Origin: Puniceicoccales bacterium
Lineage (GTDB): Bacteria > Verrucomicrobiota > Verrucomicrobiia > Opitutales > JAIRLM01
Direction of reading: 5' to 3'
Assembly: GCA_031282685.1 (NCBI GenBank)
Contig: JAITDG010000050.1
Coordinates: 1 to 53,305 of the forward strand
Length of the DNA stretch: 53,305 bases
Part shown: positions 52,866 to 53,305 of the stretch, in pieces
Numbering within the stretch: position 1 is the first letter of the stretch
How the letters are laid out: every line of letters starts with the position of its first letter
The notes under the pieces: model-generated
The model's input: the letters and a program-made list of their open reading frames with translations, nothing else
What the model was told of the DNA's origin: nothing
Database searches by the model: none
Position numbers and translations under genes: made by a program

Positions 52866-53305
52866 GGCTGGCCGTTATTAAACAGATTCTCCTGAAAGAC
52901 CACATCTCCGGACAGGGCGGCCATTTTAACGGATCCGTTGCAGTAAATGGCTCCACCGAAATTTTTTGCCTCATTTTTCAAAAAGAATGTGCCACCCAGG
53001 TCGGCAAAACCGTCATTTTTTCCAGAAAAAACGTTTCCGACGGAAATTCCTCCTCCATTTTGGGCCGAATTCTTTATAAACACAGAATTAGTGATGTCGC
53101 CCAAAAACTTTTCCCCGCAGCGGAAAGCTCCACCGTAGCCGTGTTTTTTATTGGGAAGTATGGGAACTGCGCTATTTTCGCTAAAAATAGAATTGGAAAC
53201 TTCACCGGTAAATATTCCATTGCAGCAAATTGCTCCACCGTAGCAAGCAAAATTATAGGTAGTTATTTTATTTTTTATAAAACTACAATTAGTGATACTT
53301 CCTGT
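52829..53305 (-). CDS. Pmp-family (chlamydial polymorphic membrane protein-type) repeat region, 5'-truncated by the window edge; N-terminal part of the split autotransporter
   Basis: Manual translation is open from 53305 down to the stop at 52829. It reads 'TGSITNCSFIKN...YGGAICC...SNSIFSEN...YGGAFRC...ITNSVFIKN...GGGISV...FFLKN...FGGAIYC...VVFQEN', i.e. alternating FxxN and GGA[ILV] motifs. Confidence 0.8.
   Translation of the reverse strand, partial: TGSITNCSFIKNKITTYNFACYGGAICCNGIFTGEVSNSIFSENSAVPILPNKKHGYGGAFRCGEKFLGDITNSVFIKNSAQNGGGISVGNVFSGKNDGFADLGGTFFLKNEAKNFGGAIYCNGSVKMAALSGDVVFQENLFNNGQPCGCILLTQKKT

Noticed and set aside
1-53305. Search for CRISPR arrays, rRNA genes, IS elements/transposases, integrases and long exact repeats.
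   Set aside because: I saw no regularly spaced direct repeats. No DDE-transposase or tyrosine-recombinase motifs appear in any listed ORF, and no rRNA-like segments are present. Only two tRNAs were found. Shorter or diverged repeats could have escaped inspection by eye.

Overview
The window is a mosaic. The backbone is GC-rich and densely packed with housekeeping genes: dnaG, der, aspS, gltX, efp, infC, nusA-infB-rbfA, ispH, glgB, nusB, folE-folP-folBK, lpxB and rodZ. Visibly AT-richer segments interrupt it and carry large or orphan genes with no housekeeping role. A compact injectisome (type III secretion) needle sub-operon lies at 24.3-27.1 kb, in the order sctD, yscE-like, sctF, yscG-like, sctI. 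It is bracketed by tRNA-Val and tRNA-Ala on the opposite strand. An orphan LcrH/SycD-class chaperone sits at 11.2 kb. The AT-shifted genes look like host-directed cargo:
- a protein of more than 1282 aa that runs off the 5' edge;
- a 1039-aa protein with OTU-like Cys / WGG..EL / His motifs;
- a TNT-like NAD+ glycohydrolase-domain protein in a decayed island next to tRNA-Val, which also holds two degraded Panacea/DUF4065 remnants;
- a 570-aa protein with an Inc-like hydrophobic domain of about 58 aa;
- a Pmp-family (GGA[ILV]/FxxN repeat) autotransporter next to lpxB that is split by a frameshift.

A UhpC-type sugar-phosphate antiporter is also present. Together these features point to a host-associated member of the PVC/Chlamydiota lineage with an unusually GC-rich backbone. 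Smaller observations:
- a DnaG lacking 3 of its 4 zinc ligands;
- an EF-P with Arg at the modification site;
- a 33-aa bS22-like ORF absent from the ORF track;
- an orphan Mu gpI-like phage gene.

I found no CRISPR array, rRNA, transposase or integrase. All functional calls rest on motif recognition by eye. No searches were run.
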